The translations under genes and the position numbers were made by a program. Of a stretch of DNA of 22,962 bases, positions 20,042 to 22,962 are shown one piece after another. Every line of letters starts with the position of its first letter. Positions within the stretch are counted from its first letter, which is position 1. This DNA is from Methanobacterium sp. (GTDB lineage Archaea; Methanobacteriota; Methanobacteria; Methanobacteriales; Methanobacteriaceae): assembly GCA_003166335.1 (NCBI GenBank), contig PMWA01000094.1, positions 1 to 22,962 of the forward strand, read 5' to 3'. The notes under the pieces were generated by a model, which worked only from the letters and a program-made list of their open reading frames with translations, was not told the origin of the DNA and searched no databases.

Positions 20042-20632
20042 ATGAAACCATTTAATATTTATATTTCAGGTGTAGGGGGACAGGGAATCATTAAAACCTC
20101 AATTGTGATGGGTGAGGCAGCTATGAAAATGGGAAAGCCCGTAGTAATGAGTGAGGTGCATGGCATGGCTCAACGTGGCGGTGTAGTATCCACCGAACTT
20201 AAAATAGGCAGTTCAAGAAGTCCCATTATCCAAAACGGACATGCAGATCTTCTGCTTGCATTTGAACCATTAGAAGCACTTAGAGCAATTCATAAAATAA
20301 ATAGGAATAGTTATGTAATAATCAATACATCCCCCATTATGCCCTTTAACATTAGTGAAAGTAAATACTCTTACCCTGATATTTCAATTATTCTAGAGGA
20401 ATTGAATTCTAAATCAAAGAAATTATACGCCATAGATGGTGTGAAAATAGCTAAAAAAGCAGGACATATTTTATCATTGAATATGGTAATGTTAGGCGGA
20501 GCATCGGCTGTACCAGGATTTCCCTTGGACGAAAAAATATTAATAGAATCAATTAAAGATAATTTACCTCAAAAATCATTAATTACTAATTTAAAAGCAT
20601 TTAAGGAAGGATTCATAAGTGTTTCTGAATAA
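20042..20632 (+). CDS. iorB: Indolepyruvate:ferredoxin oxidoreductase beta subunit
   Basis: GVGGQG, SEVHGMAQRGG, EPLEALR, NMVMLG and NLKAF..G motifs. Follows iorA, with a GGGAG RBS. Confidence 0.97.
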   Translation: MKPFNIYISGVGGQGIIKTSIVMGEAAMKMGKPVVMSEVHGMAQRGGVVSTELKIGSSRSPIIQNGHADLLLAFEPLEALRAIHKINRNSYVIINTSPIMPFNISESKYSYPDISIILEELNSKSKKLYAIDGVKIAKKAGHILSLNMVMLGGASAVPGFPLDEKILIESIKDNLPQKSLITNLKAFKEGFISVSE

Positions 20633-20879
20633 ATATTGAGTAAAGTAAAACTATTATTTGGTCCGAGAGATTTTCTTTGATTAAAAAAAAATAATCAAAC
20701 TCTGATTCCAATTTCGAAATTCCATGACCCTGATGCAATCCTAGTTTTTAAATAATCTCATCCAGTTTATTTGCACTCCCTATACTATTAAAATAATCTT
20801 TAATTGCAATGAAGATTTTCTCAAATAAAAAATTTAAAAAAATCAAAAAAATTTCCTCCAAAATTTTCCTTCAAAAAAT

Positions 20880-20913
20880 TTAAAATGTAGTTTTTTAATC
20901 CACTACATTTTAA
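20880..20913. repeat. 12-bp perfect inverted repeat (terminator or operator)
   Basis: TTAAAATGTAGT-N10-ACTACATTTTAA, flanked by an A run on the left and a T run on the right. Confidence 0.6.
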
Positions 20914-21096
20914 TTTTTTTTAAACAACTTCTTGATTAAAAATAGATTTACAAAAAATTATTTGTTTCATTAATAGCATACTAATATAGTACAACAAATT
21001 ATTGAAAAATCAAAATATGTTTAACAAAATATTTAAAAAAAAGTTTCATTCTATTCAATAATTTATTAATTAAAATTGGGTGAGAAGAAGATTTTT

Positions 21097-22242
21097 ATGT
21101 CGTTTTTATCGCTGATGGTGAAAAATCCATTCAGAAACAGGACTAGGGCAGCTCTTGCTATTGTGGGTATTGCTATTGGTATTGCTACTATTGTGGTTTT
21201 AGGTATGGTTACGGGTGGTCTTCAAACAGCCACCACCAGCACCCTTAAAGCAGGAGCCGCTGAAATTACCGTAACTCCCGTCGGCTCCAGCGGCTTCGGA
21301 TCCGCAGGCGGCACGCTTAATGAAAGCCTGGCGAACGATCTGCTAAATATCAGCGGAGTCTCCAACACCGCAGGAGTTATAGGTTTAAATGCTAATGTTA
21401 CCGGTGTTTCTAACGCATCTTCATCAGGTTTTGGTGAAGGTCTTTTAATTAACGGTATAGACAGTGACAAATTAAGTTTGGAAGGTATAGATAGTATAAA
21501 TGGTAGTTTTTACAGTAACGGAAGCAGTAATGAGTTGATATTGGGAACTACAGCTGCGAGTAATCTTAACAAGACTGTGGGCAGTACTATTAATCTGTTC
21601 GGTACTAATTTCACGGTTACTGGGATATATCAAACGGGCAACTTCATCACGGATAGTGGTGGTTTCATGGCTCTCAACACGTTGCAGAACTTAACCAGTA
21701 ATGATGGTAAAGTAAGTGACATCGCGGTTAAGGTCGCTGACAATGCTAACGTCACCACGGTAAGTCAATCAATAAAAAATGCTTATCCTAATCAATTAAC
21801 AGCAACTACAGCGGCGGATCAGGCTAATAGGATTAATCAAGGTTTAGGGTTCATTAACACCGCTTCATTTGCAATATCTCTTTTAGCTATTGTAATTGGT
21901 GGGATTGGGATTATAAATGTGATGATAATGTCGGTGTTTGAAAGAACACGCGAAATAGGTGTTCTTAAAGCCGTGGGATGGAGAAGCAGCCGAATACTCA
22001 CCATGATACTGGGTGAATCCATCATATTAACCCTAACCGCCGCAGTGGTAGGTATTGTAGTGGGTGTGATAGGAGTTAATGTATTGTTAGCGGTTACTGG
22101 GGCTGGTTTTAAACCTGAATTAACGGTGGGTATTTTATTAAGGGCAATTGGAATAGCTTTCTTAGTGGGGATAATAGGCGGTTTATACCCCGCTTATCGG
22201 GCGTCCAGATTACCACCGACCGAGGCGTTGCGCTATGAATAA
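21097..22242 (+). CDS. ABC transporter permease, MacB/FtsX family
   Basis: RNRTR..LAIVGIAIG, a large extracellular domain, GGIGIINVM..SV.ERTREIGVLKAVG and GGLYPAYRASRL.PTEALRYE. The track start is TTG 21076. Confidence 0.95.
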   Translation: MSFLSLMVKNPFRNRTRAALAIVGIAIGIATIVVLGMVTGGLQTATTSTLKAGAAEITVTPVGSSGFGSAGGTLNESLANDLLNISGVSNTAGVIGLNANVTGVSNASSSGFGEGLLINGIDSDKLSLEGIDSINGSFYSNGSSNELILGTTAASNLNKTVGSTINLFGTNFTVTGIYQTGNFITDSGGFMALNTLQNLTSNDGKVSDIAVKVADNANVTTVSQSIKNAYPNQLTATTAADQANRINQGLGFINTASFAISLLAIVIGGIGIINVMIMSVFERTREIGVLKAVGWRSSRILTMILGESIILTLTAAVVGIVVGVIGVNVLLAVTGAGFKPELTVGILLRAIGIAFLVGIIGGLYPAYRASRLPPTEALRYE

Positions 22243-22962
22243 ACCGGAGAATATTATTGAGATTCATGATCTTAAGAAAAGTTATGATAAAGGAAAAATA
22301 AAAGCCTTAAACGGAATAAACCTGGAAATCAAAAAAGGAGAATTCGTATCCATAATGGGACCTTCAGGCTCGGGTAAATCCACCCTTCTAAACATGATCG
22401 GAGCACTTGATAGGGCGGATGAAGGCTCTATTAAGGTTTCGGGCATTGATCTTATGACGGCGAAGGATTTGAACAAGTTCCGGTCTCAGGAAATTGGTTT
22501 TGTTTTCCAGATGCATAATTTGATACCTAATTTAAGTGTGGTGGAGAATGTGGAAATCCCCATGTATGAGACCAAGCTTTCCAGTAAGGAAATGAGGGGA
22601 AGAGCGTTGGAGCTTTTAGAGTTAATGAATTTCTCTAATTTATCCGATGTAATCAGCCAAGATCCCACCAAACTCTCCGGCGGGGAAAGACAAAGAGTCG
22701 CCATTGCCCGTGCATTAGTTAATCATCCGTCAATTATCTTAGCCGACGAACCCACCGGTGCGTTGGATTCTAAGACCGGTGACACGATTTTAACTCTTCT
22801 GAAAGATCTTCATCAAAAAGAGAACGTAACTCTCATATTAGTAACACACGAACCATACGTCGCTAACATGGCTGAACGGATTTTTAACATGCTCGACGGG
22901 AAAATAATGGAAGAAACCAATCAAAAAATAAAAGTACACAACCTTAAGCAAAGTAAAATATA
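22235..22962 (+). CDS. ABC transporter ATP-binding protein (LolD/MacB type), runs to the window edge; not in the ORF track
   Basis: ATG overlaps the permease stop (ATGAATAA). Contains Walker A GPSGSGKST, signature LSGGERQRVAIARAL, Walker B ILADEPTGALDS and VTHE. The window ends in 'TA', possibly the start of a stop codon. Confidence 0.95.
   Translation, partial: MNKPENIIEIHDLKKSYDKGKIKALNGINLEIKKGEFVSIMGPSGSGKSTLLNMIGALDRADEGSIKVSGIDLMTAKDLNKFRSQEIGFVFQMHNLIPNLSVVENVEIPMYETKLSSKEMRGRALELLELMNFSNLSDVISQDPTKLSGGERQRVAIARALVNHPSIILADEPTGALDSKTGDTILTLLKDLHQKENVTLILVTHEPYVANMAERIFNMLDGKIMEETNQKIKVHNLKQSKI

Noticed and set aside
20640..20810. Minus-strand coding-like fragment after iorB
   Set aside because: Interrupted by stops, with no recognisable motif.

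Overview
AT-rich archaeal chromosome segment, most consistent with a Methanobacterium-type methanogen (inferred from tfrB, iorAB, archaeal-type glyS, and GGAGG/GGTGA ribosome-binding sites). The housekeeping backbone is glyS-dcd-DUF1512, trmJ, tfrB and iorAB, with a MacB/LolD-type ABC pair running off the right edge. Accessory DNA interrupts it in four places. (1) 1.7-3.4 kb: a possible stress/dormancy cluster with an unannotated 52-aa 11-mer-repeat CsbD/LEA-like gene, a small membrane protein, a Met-rich protein built from three His-bearing ~56-aa repeats, and a PRC-barrel gene. (2) 3.4-7.4 kb: a decayed island with remnants of a HEPN-like gene, an AbrB-like gene and a DUF1724/FilR1-like regulator, around an intact DUF2284 gene and two orphans, one of which is a 2 x 99-aa duplication. 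(3) 11.1-11.7 kb: a winged-helix regulator plus small membrane protein. (4) 14.6-17.7 kb: two convergent HExxH proteins and two membrane-anchored surface proteins, one LCP-like. I found no rRNA, intact tRNA, CRISPR array, integrase or transposase. Family names come from motif recognition and recall, not database searches. No new system is proven; the best candidates are the stress cluster and the three-His repeat protein.
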